This document shows, piece after piece, positions 1-10,155 of a DNA stretch of 64,000 nt (position 1 is the first letter of the stretch; every line of letters begins with the position of its first letter). The notes under the pieces are model-generated. The model made no database searches and was not told the DNA's origin. It worked only from the letters and a program-made list of their open reading frames with translations. The DNA lies in contig JAZDKB010000036.1 of assembly GCA_043803405.1 (NCBI GenBank), positions 64,001-128,000 on the forward strand, written 5' to 3'. This DNA is from Spirochaetota bacterium. Its GTDB lineage: Bacteria > Spirochaetota > UBA4802 > JAFGDQ01. The position numbers and the translations under genes were made by a program.

Positions 1-1015
1 TCACTCCCTTGCGCGCAAGCTGATTCAGATAATCGTTGTGAGCGTGAGTGATCATGCCAGCGTCTAATTCCGGATGTTCAGAAAGCATCTGCTTAAACTC
101 ATCCAGATAATTTCCTCCGCCTGTCCCGATAACCGGATGATTAAGCCATACGTAAAACGCTGTCTTCCAGATTTTTATCCTCTGATCCGTTGATTCTGTA
201 TTAATAGCATTCCCTTTTGTATGTGAAGATATCTGATCCTGGCCGCGATAGGTTAATAAAGCGCCTGCAAGTAATATTAAAACAAGGAAAAAAAGCAGAA
301 AGATTATACGCAGTTTTTTGCTCACAAAGAAAATGGGAACCAGCGCAAACGGCAATGCAATGATTATAGATCTTGATCTGATCTCGAGCAAAGCAATGAC
401 CGCTAAAACAGCAGCAAGTATCATTACCCACCGGATGCCTGCATTCACATTCTTTACTGCGCCTGCAGAAACAAATAAAACAGGGATTGCGATAAGCATT
501 AGATAGCAGCTGAACACAAGGTGCATCCCCAGAAGCCCGCCCCTTACCCGCAGCGAATCATCAGGGGAACCGTAGTGAAAGATGCCGATCTTATGAGCCT
601 CGTTAATAAAGCTTATATTAAACGATACCTGCACAAGAGCTATGATTGACTGGAACAGGACTATAAATGTTATCAGATAAAAAGTCTTTAAAATATCTTC
701 CCTGGAATTGTGCAGATAATATGCAAGAATAAACGCGAATATGAGCCAGAAGTCCCTGATGTAGTTCAGGTTCTTTAGAACCTGCGGTGACGCAAAACAC
801 AGGACGAACGAAACAGCAACGAACGGGAGAATGTATCTCTCAAGGCCGGTTGTGCTGATTGACTTTCTGTTCTTTATGATATCTGCTAAAAGCAGCAGCG
901 AAGCGGTTCCGAGAGAGATCTGGGATGCTGAAATAGAAATGCCGGACGCGACCAGGAAGAGCGCTAAAAAAAAATACGATGCCTTTGCCAGGCTTATCTT
1001 CCCAGGATATTTCAT
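1..1015 (-). CDS. O-antigen ligase (WaaL/Wzy_C) family membrane protein, 3' end runs off the window
   Basis: Not in the ORF track. Manual translation of both ends from ATG at 1015 (same frame): MKYPGKISLAKASYFFLALFLVASGISIS... and ...DQRIKIWKTAFYVWLNHPVIGTGGGNY...ITHAHNDYLNQLARKGV. Shows R-x-x-x-W, P-x-x-G-x-G and HAHN hallmarks plus hydrophobic segments. Confidence 0.85.
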   Translation of the reverse strand, partial: MKYPGKISLAKASYFFLALFLVASGISISASQISLGTASLLLLADIIKNRKSISTTGLERYILPFVAVSFVLCFASPQVLKNLNYIRDFWLIFAFILAYYLHNSREDILKTFYLITFIVLFQSIIALVQVSFNISFINEAHKIGIFHYGSPDDSLRVRGGLLGMHLVFSCYLMLIAIPVLFVSAGAVKNVNAGIRWVMILAAVLAVIALLEIRSRSIIIALPFALVPIFFVSKKLRIIFLLFFLVLILLAGALLTYRGQDQISSHTKGNAINTESTDQRIKIWKTAFYVWLNHPVIGTGGGNYLDEFKQMLSEHPELDAGMITHAHNDYLNQLARKGV

Positions 1016-1023
1016 TATAATGC

Positions 1024-2505
1024 TCAATTTACAAACCTGTCGGACGTATCTTTCGTATCATTAAAGCTGCTGTGATCGTACTCGCGAATAATCCCGGATA
1101 ATAGTTCGCGTATCATTTTAGGACCGAGCCCGTGAAGACCGCTTAGCCTGTTTTCAATAAAGGATTCTATTTTGTTTATCTCCGGCATTCCCGCGTCTAT
1201 AACAAATATTTTATTGTTCCCGGTTTTGACAACATTTTCGCCTGCATAGGACAGCTCTTCGTAAAGCTTCTCGCCGGGCCGCAGGCCTGTAAACACAACT
1301 TTAATGTCTCTGTCAGGTTCGTAGCCGTATAGCCTTATTAAATTGTTAGCAATATCCAGTATTTTATGCTGCCTGCCCATGTCGAGAACAAAGCATTCGC
1401 CGCCTCGCGAATACGCGGCAGCATTTATCACAAGAAGCGAAGCTTCCGGGATGCTCATAAAGTATCTGGTGATATCGGGATGGGTGATTGTCACAGGCCC
1501 GCCCTTCTCGATCTGGTCCCTGAAAAGCGGGATGACCGACCCCCTGCTCCCGATAACATTCCCGAACCGTACAATGGATGTCTTAACGCACATCTTCCTG
1601 TTGAAGTAGTCGGTTACAATTTCAGCAAGCCGCTTTGTGGCGCCCATAATGTTTACCGGACGCACAGCCTTGTCGCTCGATATTAAAACGAAATTCTTTA
1701 CGCAGTATTTCACGCACAGATCAAGGACATTGAGCGTGCCGCCCACATTGTTCTGAATCGCTTCAGCCTCGTTGTATTCCATCAGCGGCACGTGCTTGTG
1801 CGCAGCAGCATGAAAAACAATGTCCGGCCTGTATTTTGCAAATGCCTGTCCAAGCAGCTTTTTATCTTTAATGTCTATTATCTTATATATTATTTCCGGC
1901 TTTCTCTCAATAAATTCAAGATACTCGCCCAGGGATTTTATCAGGTTATAGATCGAGTTCTCGCCCCTGCCTATGCATATCAACTTTTTAACATCGAACC
2001 TGAAAAGCTGCCTGCATATCTCGGACCCAATGCTTCCGCCTGCGCCTGTTATGAGCACAGTCTTATCCCTGAACTTTTCCTGTATTGCGTCAATGTCGAG
2101 CTCAACTTCCTTGCGGTCAACAACATCGGTAAGGCACACGTCCTCCAGCTCTTTGCTTAGTTGCGAGTTAAAGTACCTTGTGATTTTCGGAAGTATCTGG
2201 ATGGATATGCCAGGGTCAGCGGCAATGACAGCCGAAACTGTACGGCTTATAATCTCGACCTGTACGGAAGGAAGGGCAATGATAACCTGACTGATGCGCT
2301 GCGCAGCAATGATGTCCTTCAGCCTGTCACAGCCCGCCAGCACAGGAATTCCGTCAATCGTCTTCCCTGCTTTATCAGCATCATCGTCAATAAAGCCCGC
2401 AATCTCGTCCATGCGGTTCTTGCGGACATATTCCGAAAGGATTATCCTGCCGGCCTCGCCTGCACCTATAATAAGTATTTTATTTTTTTTGATTCCCTTG
2501 TTCAT
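1024..2505 (-). CDS. Nucleoside-diphosphate sugar 4,6-dehydratase, CapD/PglF/WbpM family
   Basis: GAGEAG N-terminal domain, TGAGGSIGSE, FHAAAHKHVPLME, SSDKAVRP, MGATKR, RFGNVIGSRGSV, GLRPGEKLYEEL. Confidence 0.92.
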   Translation of the reverse strand: MNKGIKKNKILIIGAGEAGRIILSEYVRKNRMDEIAGFIDDDADKAGKTIDGIPVLAGCDRLKDIIAAQRISQVIIALPSVQVEIISRTVSAVIAADPGISIQILPKITRYFNSQLSKELEDVCLTDVVDRKEVELDIDAIQEKFRDKTVLITGAGGSIGSEICRQLFRFDVKKLICIGRGENSIYNLIKSLGEYLEFIERKPEIIYKIIDIKDKKLLGQAFAKYRPDIVFHAAAHKHVPLMEYNEAEAIQNNVGGTLNVLDLCVKYCVKNFVLISSDKAVRPVNIMGATKRLAEIVTDYFNRKMCVKTSIVRFGNVIGSRGSVIPLFRDQIEKGGPVTITHPDITRYFMSIPEASLLVINAAAYSRGGECFVLDMGRQHKILDIANNLIRLYGYEPDRDIKVVFTGLRPGEKLYEELSYAGENVVKTGNNKIFVIDAGMPEINKIESFIENRLSGLHGLGPKMIRELLSGIIREYDHSSFNDTKDTSDRFVN

Positions 2506-2602
2506 TATTATTTAAAAAGGCTTTTATTTAGAAATATCGGACAAACAGGCCGGAATCTGATTCATTAAATTCAGGAAGATAACAGAAAGGATATAAGATT
2601 GT

Positions 2603-3535
2603 CTATTCAGCTTCAGTCGCCACAGGCGTCGTTGCTTCTATGTAATCAAAAGCAGCACTTACATCATCCGCGTTCTTTGCCTGTGTAGGGATCACGTCTG
2701 CAAACTTGACCAGATCGGCATCGCGGAGCAAAGGCATAAGCTTCCTGTCGCTATCATCCTTTATTTTGCGCGCTATTTCCTCTGTGGTCAGCTCAACCGC
2801 AGGGAAGCCCCTCAGCTTTTCAATGTACTGCCGCAGTATTTCCGAGTATCTGAAATAAAATTCCTTATACTGTCCTTTGGTTATATGGTTCATGGAAATC
2901 AGTCTTTCAAGTTCTTCCTTTGCAGTGACGTGCGGCGGCTTGATTTCCTTCAATGCTTCCATATCCCTGCGCTTTCTTTTTCTGAAAAAATAAATGCCTG
3001 CCCCTATTGCTCCCAGAATTATAATTCCGATCAGCCACGGAAGCAGTCTTAAAATAAAAGGATAAGTAGGCATAATATCCATTATAGGCTTAAGCTGCGC
3101 TTCTGCAGGCTTATCGCCAAGGTTGGATTGCACCTCAATTTTTATTGCCTCAGTCTTGACTATATTCAGCACGCCTTTGCCGTCTTTAAAAGAAAGGCTT
3201 ACAGGTTTTATCTCAAACGGCTCCGGCTTATCAATTATGATACTTAATATAATGCTGTTTTTTATTGACTTCTTCCCTACAATTGCAAGGCCTTCTATCC
3301 CAGTTATATCGGATTCTGATACTGTAACGCCTGCAGGCACACTGTAGCTCAATGTAAGATTTATAATATCTCCGACGCGAACTTTGTCGAGGTCAACCGA
3401 AGCAGTTATTTTAGGATAATTACCGGGCGCATTTTTGTTTTCAGTGTTCTTTGGCACGTCCTCGGTTTTTTTGCCGCATGCAATAAAGAGCAGAACAGCA
3501 ATTACCGCAAAGGCAGCAAGCATACGCTTTGTCAT
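2603..3535 (-). CDS. Membrane-anchored lipoprotein of MoxR/Bat-type operons (DUF4381/BatD-like)
   Basis: Lipobox LFIAC, beta-rich N domain, TM helix followed by RKRKRR, C-terminal LRQYIE..G..AVELTTEE..ADLVKFA. Overlaps the DUF58 stop (ATGA). Confidence 0.75.
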   Translation of the reverse strand: MTKRMLAAFAVIAVLLFIACGKKTEDVPKNTENKNAPGNYPKITASVDLDKVRVGDIINLTLSYSVPAGVTVSESDITGIEGLAIVGKKSIKNSIILSIIIDKPEPFEIKPVSLSFKDGKGVLNIVKTEAIKIEVQSNLGDKPAEAQLKPIMDIMPTYPFILRLLPWLIGIIILGAIGAGIYFFRKRKRRDMEALKEIKPPHVTAKEELERLISMNHITKGQYKEFYFRYSEILRQYIEKLRGFPAVELTTEEIARKIKDDSDRKLMPLLRDADLVKFADVIPTQAKNADDVSAAFDYIEATTPVATEAE

Positions 3536-4407
3536 TGCCTTCTCCCTTTTATCTCGAAAAGTTTCATCAGCGGCTTTACCACGTCTTTGTCGGTATAAAT
3601 ATCTACAAGGTCAACGCCTGCCCTGTTAAGCGTCTCGGAGAGCTTTCTCCTTTCCCTGTAAACATGCTCCATCCACAGCTGCCTCACAGCTTTTTGCGAA
3701 GTATTAATCACTATGTTTTCGCCGGTCTCGGGATCGCAAAAGCTTACAAGCCCCGCATCAGGCAACGCCGTCTCGGCTGGGTCAGTAAGCCGGATAACGG
3801 TAAGCTGGTGCTTCTTCGCAGCCATGCGAAGCGGCTTTTCAAATCCTTCGTCAAGGCAATCGGACAGAAGAAAAACAATAGAGTGACGTTTTGCCGCGGT
3901 GTTCAGAAATGTCAAAGCCTCGTTAATATCCGTTCCTTTCCCCTGAGGCTCGTACGTAAATATCTCTTTAATCAGCCTCCATACATGCGAGGTGCCTTTC
4001 TTGGGCGGAATATATTTCTCCACTTTAGAGCTGAAAAGTATTGCGCCTACTTTATCGTTCGTCCTTATTGCCAGGAACGCCAGCATGCCCGCAGTTTCCG
4101 CTAGCAGTTCGCGCTTAAGACGCGACCGGGTGCCGAACGCGTGCGATCCGGAAACATCGAGCACAAGCATTACCGTGAGCTCGCGCTCCTCATGAAATAC
4201 CTTTACGAACGGGTGGCCGTAACGCGCGCTTACGTTCCAGTCGATCGTGCGGATGTCATCGCCCGGATAGTACTCCCTTACCTCCGCGAACTCCATGCCG
4301 CGTCCCTTAAAGGCGCTCACATAGCGGCCTGCAAACAGGTCGCTCGCCATGCGCTTTGTCTTAAAGTGCAAAGTCTGTATTTTTTTCAGGACTTCCTGTG
4401 AAAGCAT
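3532..4407 (-). CDS. DUF58 (vWA-like) MoxR-associated protein
   Basis: FKGRGMEFAEVREYYPGDDIRTIDWNVSAR, EEREL, LDVSGS motifs. Confidence 0.93.
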   Translation of the reverse strand: MLSQEVLKKIQTLHFKTKRMASDLFAGRYVSAFKGRGMEFAEVREYYPGDDIRTIDWNVSARYGHPFVKVFHEERELTVMLVLDVSGSHAFGTRSRLKRELLAETAGMLAFLAIRTNDKVGAILFSSKVEKYIPPKKGTSHVWRLIKEIFTYEPQGKGTDINEALTFLNTAAKRHSIVFLLSDCLDEGFEKPLRMAAKKHQLTVIRLTDPAETALPDAGLVSFCDPETGENIVINTSQKAVRQLWMEHVYRERRKLSETLNRAGVDLVDIYTDKDVVKPLMKLFEIKGRRQ

Positions 4408-4572
4408 AATATCTTCCGGTTTTCAATGATTCGTTTTTGTAAAACAAATTATCTGTTTATTGGAGCGAACAGCAGTTCGCCCATGCAGGCTTTCCGGTAA
4501 TGGTTGTTCCCCGCGCAAAACCTCAATTTGAAACCTGCTCATCTTCCTTTAAGTACATGTTGTTCCCCCTGT

Positions 4573-4777
4573 TAAGGCAGGACTGCCTCATGCTAATTAT
4601 AACTCCTGAAATTCCTGCTCTGGATTTAATCCTCCGGCTCGCTACGCTCGCCACCTCCTTTATTAAAGGAGGTTTGAAAGATTTTTACCCCCTTTTTTTA
4701 AAGGGGGTTAGGGGGATTTCCATCCCAAATCCCTAAATTCAATCGGCTTCACCTTAGCGTGAGGCAGCCCTGCCTTA
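4573..4777. repeat. REP/REPIN- or MITE-like element with terminal inverted repeats and internal hairpins
   Basis: TAAGGCAGGACTGCCTCATGCTAA (4573-4596) matches the reverse complement of 4754-4777 at 22/24. Internal hairpins at 4653-4673 and 4687-4708. Confidence 0.7.
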
Positions 4778-4813
4778 GAAAGGAGAATGCCGGCCACAGG
4801 CCTGAAGGGGTTT

Positions 4814-5794
4814 CTACGGCACCTCAATCCGCTCCAGGAACATCGCAATAAGCTCATCTGCTGTTTTGCCATCTGCCTCTGCTTCATAGCTGAGTATGAT
4901 ACGGTGCCGCAGAATGTCGGGCGCCATGCTTTTCACGTCCTGAGGCGTAACGTATCCGCGCCCGCTCATAAACGCATGCGCGCGCGCAGCCTCTCCCAGC
5001 CATATCGACGCCCTCGGAGAAGCACCGTAGTGTATCATGGAACCGATGCCCAGGCCGAAATCTTCCGGTTTGCGTGTTGCCCTCGAAATATTCACTATGT
5101 AGTCAACAATCTTTTCTTCCATATGTACGGACTTTACAGTCTCCCTTACAGACTCAAGCTCGGGGATAGTAACGGCAGCCGAAATATTGGCTGTAGAAAT
5201 ATTGTTTACTCTCTGCATAATTTCTTTTTCTTCATCAGCAGCCGGGTAATCGACTTTGATCTTCATCATAAAGCGGTCGATCTGTGCTTCTGGCAGTGGA
5301 TACGTCCCCTCCTGCTCAATCGGATTCTGGGTCGCCAGCACCAGGAACGGCCTCGCGAGCTGAAACGTCGTTTCCCCGATAGTTACCTGCTTCTCCTGCA
5401 TAGCTTCAAGAAGCGCGCTCTGCACTTTTGCAGGGGCGCGGTTGATCTCGTCAGCCAGAATAATATTATGGAAAATGGGGCCCTTGCGTATTTCGAATGT
5501 CCCGCTGTCGGGTCTGTACACCTGCGTACCAAGGATGTCTGCCGGAAGAAGGTCGGGCGTGAACTGTATCCTCTGGAAGGATGTATTTACCGCAGCAGCA
5601 AGGGCGCGCACAGCAGTCGTCTTTGCGAGTCCCGGCAGCCCTTCGAGCAGAATGTGGCCGTCGCATATAAGCCCTATAAGCATCTTCTCAAGAAGATTTC
5701 TCTGTCCCACTATTACCTTCTCAATCTCTGCAAGGACCTTGCGGATAATTACGCTTTCTTTTTCGACCCTGGTTGTAACAGCCTGTATATCCAT
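4814..5794 (-). CDS. moxR: MoxR family AAA+ ATPase
   Basis: EGLPGLAKT Walker A, RIQFTPDLLPAD, LADEINRA Walker B, ATQNPIEQEGTYPLPEAQIDRF, GASPR. Confidence 0.95.
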   Translation of the reverse strand: MDIQAVTTRVEKESVIIRKVLAEIEKVIVGQRNLLEKMLIGLICDGHILLEGLPGLAKTTAVRALAAAVNTSFQRIQFTPDLLPADILGTQVYRPDSGTFEIRKGPIFHNIILADEINRAPAKVQSALLEAMQEKQVTIGETTFQLARPFLVLATQNPIEQEGTYPLPEAQIDRFMMKIKVDYPAADEEKEIMQRVNNISTANISAAVTIPELESVRETVKSVHMEEKIVDYIVNISRATRKPEDFGLGIGSMIHYGASPRASIWLGEAARAHAFMSGRGYVTPQDVKSMAPDILRHRIILSYEAEADGKTADELIAMFLERIEVP

Positions 5795-6043
5795 TGCTTA
5801 TATGCCTCCTGATCTTATGTATGCAAATTATTGATTCAATGTTATTTGATTTATAAAAAGTATTTTTTCCTGACAACAAAATTATTTTACAATTGAATAA
5901 ATAATAGACTTGTAATAAAATTTTGGTAAACGATTTCTCCCCGGTCTTCGGCTGAGGAGATGGACTAAAGTCTTATTTAAAATACAGTTGACTAATAAAA
6001 TTTTTATGCTTATGTTGCAGAAAATTCATGGATAATTATTTTA

Positions 6044-6361
6044 ATGAAAAAACAAGACTTTTTAATTGCGGATAAATTAAAAAAAGAATTAAGCTCTAAT
6101 ATTAACCTGCTGGATTTAAGAGTTTTCGGTTCAAGGGCCATTGAAACAAACGATGAATATTCAGATATGGATGTATACATCCAGGTTGAAACTGTCACTA
6201 AAGAGATTAAAGAAAAAATATCAGATATAGCATGGAAAATCGGCTACGACAATAATATAGTTATTTCAACATTGATATACACCAGAGAAGAAGTAGTTAA
6301 TTCACCAATCAGATCATCTCCGATTATTAAAAATATTTATCAATATGGCATTGTAATATGA
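6044..6361 (+). CDS. Minimal nucleotidyltransferase (MNT) antitoxin
   Basis: FGSRA..NDEYSDMD (GS-x10-DxD), 105 aa, ATGA overlap with the HEPN gene. Confidence 0.88.
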   Translation: MKKQDFLIADKLKKELSSNINLLDLRVFGSRAIETNDEYSDMDVYIQVETVTKEIKEKISDIAWKIGYDNNIVISTLIYTREEVVNSPIRSSPIIKNIYQYGIVI

Positions 6362-6750
6362 GTGATATTGAAATTCTTTTTCAATACAGGCTTCAACAGG
6401 CATCTGAAACTCTAAATGATCCTGAAAGGATGCTTTCTGATAATTATTCTCCACGTTCTATTGTTAATAGAGCATATTATGTTGTGTATTATTCATTGCT
6501 TGCTTTATACATAAAAACAAATATTAACGTTCGAACATCTAAACATGCAGGAATAATTTCAATATTCGATAAGGAATTTGTACACAAAGGAATTTTCAAT
6601 CAAAAATATTCTAAGATAGTTCATTATTTATTTGAGCTAAGACAGGAATTTGATTATAAAGAACTTATTGAAGTATCACATAAAGACGCAAGTGATTGTG
6701 TTAATAAAGCAAAAGATTTTTTTGCTGCGATAAGTGAATCAATAGCATAA
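6358..6750 (+). CDS. HEPN domain protein (UPF0332-like), putative toxin
   Basis: NRAYY, SKHAGIIS.F, LFELRQEFDY motifs; coupled to MNT. Confidence 0.88.
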   Translation: MSDIEILFQYRLQQASETLNDPERMLSDNYSPRSIVNRAYYVVYYSLLALYIKTNINVRTSKHAGIISIFDKEFVHKGIFNQKYSKIVHYLFELRQEFDYKELIEVSHKDASDCVNKAKDFFAAISESIA

Positions 6751-6757
6751 ATTCGCT

Positions 6758-7690
6758 CTACGGCGGGCATTTAGCACAAACCGATTTAAAAAGAGCAGTG
6801 GACAAATAGCGATCGCCGCGGTCGGGCAGAAGCGTTACAACAGTACCGCTCTTAATTTTTTTCGCGTACTTTAAAGCTCCGGCAACGGCAGCTCCGCTGG
6901 ACATACCGCAAAAAAGGCCTTCCTTAAGCGCGAGCATCCTGCACATCTCAAATGCTTCGTCATCCGTAATCGTAAGTTTTTCATCATGCATTTTCGGATC
7001 ATATATAGCAGGCACAATCGATTCCCGCATGTTCTTAAGCCCCTGAATGCTGTGCCCCATTACAGGCTCCACAGCGACAATCTGAATATTCTTATTATAT
7101 TCGCGCAGGCGTCTTGAAACGCCCATCAGGGTTCCTGTTGTTCCGAGAGCTGCAACAAATACGGCAACATCTCCGTCTGTCTGGCTGATTATTTCCGGCG
7201 CCGTAGTTTCGTAATGTGACTGAATATTAAAAGGATTGGAGAACTGATCCGGCATATAGTACATGTCCGGATTTTCCCTCAGCATTTCCCTTGCTTTTAT
7301 GATGGACCCGTCCGTGCCTTTTGAGCCGTCGGTTAAAATAAGTTCGCTCCCGAAAGCTTCGAGAATCGCTTTTCGCTCAAATGAGACGCATTCGGGCATA
7401 CAAAGTTTTACAGTGTATCCCAGCGCCGTACCTACCATCGCAAGCCCTATGCCCGTGTTCCCGCTTGTCGGCTCAAGAATGGTTTTATCATGCGTTAGCA
7501 GGCCGCTCTCGATCGCGTTTTTAATCATGTAATACGCCGGCCTGTCCTTAACCGAGCCGCCGGGATTAGACCCTTCCAGCTTGGCCATTATCCTTACATT
7601 ATTATTGGAATTAAGATATTTTAACTCTACAAGCGGAGTATTTCCGATTGCCGTAATTACTCCGTGTTTTTCAATAGCTGTAGTTAACAT
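6758..7690 (-). CDS. cysM: Cysteine synthase (O-acetylserine sulfhydrylase, CysM/CysK family)
   Basis: IGNTPLV, KLEGSNPGGSVKDR (PLP lysine), EPTSGNTG, GTTGT, GMSSGA, PDRGDRYLST; C-terminal CAKCPP. Confidence 0.9.
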   Translation of the reverse strand: MLTTAIEKHGVITAIGNTPLVELKYLNSNNNVRIMAKLEGSNPGGSVKDRPAYYMIKNAIESGLLTHDKTILEPTSGNTGIGLAMVGTALGYTVKLCMPECVSFERKAILEAFGSELILTDGSKGTDGSIIKAREMLRENPDMYYMPDQFSNPFNIQSHYETTAPEIISQTDGDVAVFVAALGTTGTLMGVSRRLREYNKNIQIVAVEPVMGHSIQGLKNMRESIVPAIYDPKMHDEKLTITDDEAFEMCRMLALKEGLFCGMSSGAAVAGALKYAKKIKSGTVVTLLPDRGDRYLSTALFKSVCAKCPP

Positions 7691-7782
7691 AGATATTTAC
7701 CGTTCAGGTTTACATAATTGTTTGATGATGAAAATTCGGAAAATATCAATTTTTGTCAAATGTATTTTTCAAGATCAGGCAT

Positions 7783-9708
7783 TTAATCATTCTTAAGCAG
7801 TTCCCCGACTTCTTTATTTAATCCTATAGTCGCTCCCGCCATTTCTTCAGTAGCAGAAGTAACTTCCGATGTAAGCTGGACAATTTCTTCAAACTGCTTG
7901 AGTACGCTGTTGGTTGATTCGTCAATTTTTACAAATGTCTGGAAAAGCTTGTTGGCAAAAGGAATAATTTTCCCGGCTTCGACCTGGGTTTTTTCCGAAA
8001 GTTTTTTTACTTCCTTGGCAACAACCGCGAATCCGCTTCCAAGTGTTCCAGCGCGCGCTGCTTCAATAGCCGCGTTCAACGCAAGCAGGTTAGTTTGATC
8101 CGCGATATCGTTAATTGATTCGACTACAGGTTTGAATTGCCCGGAAATTTCCTTTGCATCCTTGACCTTTTTGTTAAGGTTGCGCAGCGTCTCCTCCTGG
8201 TTAAGCGAAAGCCGGCTGAGGCGCATGGTCATGTCCGCGACTGCCTGGTTATTCGCTTCCAGTTCGTTCGATGTGCTGGATACGGTCTCGGCAAGCTGCT
8301 GGCGTATATTATTGATCTGGGTCTGCTTCTGTAGATTATCGTACGTAACCTGGAGTTCGGTCAGCGTTTTCATTGAAGCCGCCTGTTCTTCCTGAACATG
8401 TATCTTTTCCTGTTCCAGCAGATAATTTCTGTAATGATGGCAGTTGTCCGACTTGTTCAGCCCGTTGAAAATCGCCAGGGCCATGTCTTCGCAGCTTCCA
8501 TAACCGCATGAGGAGCAGTTATAAAAATCCTTTTTTTCAAACTTTTTCATGGATTCATATATTTCCGTCTGTTCTTTTTCAGTCGGTTTTTTCAGCTTCG
8601 TGTTTTCGTTGCGGTCAGTATATGTCCGTTTGTACAGTCCCGGTTTCCAGTATTTAGACAATATCGCATTAATCTGTCCGGACGTTTTTTTAAGATTACG
8701 TTTTTTATATTTTTTCTGCATCTGAATATTGCGCTGGTTGACGTGGTATTCGATCTCATCCGGGGATTTTTTCAGATTGAGCGTCCCCGGCCCGCCGTTG
8801 CATCCCATTTCGCAGTTAAGGCAATCTACAAGCACAGGATTCTTTCCCTGCTTCACGATCTCCGGCAGAGTGTGCAAATACTTGTAGATGATGCTCTGGC
8901 CTTCGATTTTTCGCGTTACGGATTCAATGCCCGGGAAATCGCGCATTGCAGTCTGGAGAAGCCCTCCGGGCGTGGAGAAAAGCACGGCGCGTTCTGCCTG
9001 CGGATTATCAAAGTCCGCTTCTGAATAATTTTTCAGGTCGATATTGTTTTCAGTAAAATATTTATCAAGAGAATTATATGTTACATTATATGCCTCATCC
9101 CCGAATCCGGTATCGATGAACTCCCGCTTTTTAGCATAGCATGGAGAGATTACAACGATTTTTGAAGATGCATACTGAGGGTAAAATTCGCGAATCATTT
9201 TGACCGTATGCAGCATGGGGCTGTCTACCGGGGCGAGATATTGAATTAGTTCAGGCTGATAAAGCTCTATGTAGCCGACAATCGCAGGGCACGGTTGCGC
9301 GATTATCATAGCAGGCGATTCTGTTTTAAGGTACTCCAGGTACGATTTGACGGTAAGTTCGGCTCCGAAACTGACGTCAAATATACCTGTGACGCCCAGG
9401 CTTTTCAGGAAGCCGTTCAGGCGAAGATAATCGCCCGGAAAATTCGCCGCAACGGCAGGAGCAACAATAGCAATGAACGAATTATTTTTAACCTCATTCA
9501 TGAACGAAACGAAGTCGTCGATACCGACGCGAGCATTGTGAGTACATGCGTGAATGCAGTTCCCGCATCCCAGGCAGAGATTCTCGTTTACTCTTACGTA
9601 ATCCGCGCTTCCGTCATTGCAGAATTTGACAGGGCAGGCCGTAATGCATGCATGGCAGTTAACGCATTTGGTGCTGTCTACATCGATAACCTTCAGAATA
9701 TTTTTCAT
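7783..9708 (-). CDS. Putative sensory [FeFe]-hydrogenase (group C) fused to a methyl-accepting chemotaxis signalling domain
   Basis: 2x[4Fe-4S] ([22 protein letters not shown]); H-cluster motifs [28 protein letters not shown]; extra Fe[10 protein letters not shown]...C; MCP signature [31 protein letters not shown]. Confidence 0.9.
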   Translation of the reverse strand: MKNILKVIDVDSTKCVNCHACITACPVKFCNDGSADYVRVNENLCLGCGNCIHACTHNARVGIDDFVSFMNEVKNNSFIAIVAPAVAANFPGDYLRLNGFLKSLGVTGIFDVSFGAELTVKSYLEYLKTESPAMIIAQPCPAIVGYIELYQPELIQYLAPVDSPMLHTVKMIREFYPQYASSKIVVISPCYAKKREFIDTGFGDEAYNVTYNSLDKYFTENNIDLKNYSEADFDNPQAERAVLFSTPGGLLQTAMRDFPGIESVTRKIEGQSIIYKYLHTLPEIVKQGKNPVLVDCLNCEMGCNGGPGTLNLKKSPDEIEYHVNQRNIQMQKKYKKRNLKKTSGQINAILSKYWKPGLYKRTYTDRNENTKLKKPTEKEQTEIYESMKKFEKKDFYNCSSCGYGSCEDMALAIFNGLNKSDNCHHYRNYLLEQEKIHVQEEQAASMKTLTELQVTYDNLQKQTQINNIRQQLAETVSSTSNELEANNQAVADMTMRLSRLSLNQEETLRNLNKKVKDAKEISGQFKPVVESINDIADQTNLLALNAAIEAARAGTLGSGFAVVAKEVKKLSEKTQVEAGKIIPFANKLFQTFVKIDESTNSVLKQFEEIVQLTSEVTSATEEMAGATIGLNKEVGELLKND

Positions 9709-10155
9709 AATCGTGTTCCTTATACTGGTATACCTTTAAAGTTATAAAATAATACTCAAGGCTTAGTTAAATACTGTTTCTATTAATAATAACCTGTTTT
9801 TTTTGCAAGAGTTTAATTTTGAAGTTACCGATTGAACGGTTTGGAATGGCCATAGCAGTATCAGTTGGTGATAAATGCGATTGAGAGATAACATAAGTAA
9901 TTTTCTCGATAAGCGTATGCCGCACGTTGATCTAATTTCAGTCCGAGAATGTAAATCAATTCCACGATTGGAAACAATTGATACTATAAATTCGGTTAAA
10001 TTATATTATTAAATAATATAAAAATTAGATTTTTTTTATTGCAATTATTACTTTTGACTCAGAATTATTTATTATATTGATTTTAGGATATATTCTGAAT
10101 AATAAACGATGACAGCTAATCATGTGAAGCAAACAATTCAAATGGAAATTAAACA

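Noticed and set aside
4500..4736. 78-aa ORF
   Set aside because: Runs through the palindromic repeat element; no protein features.
4787..5812. 341-aa plus-strand ORF and the many other antisense ORFs in the track
   Set aside because: They are shadows of well-supported opposite-strand genes and have no recognisable motifs.
5930..5975. Fluoride-riboswitch-like GGAGATGG with a hairpin
   Set aside because: The downstream pseudoknot consensus is absent and no fluoride-related gene follows.
9790..9990. Gene remnant in the hydrogenase-SWIM intergenic region
   Set aside because: Only short frames without a convincing start or recognisable similarity.
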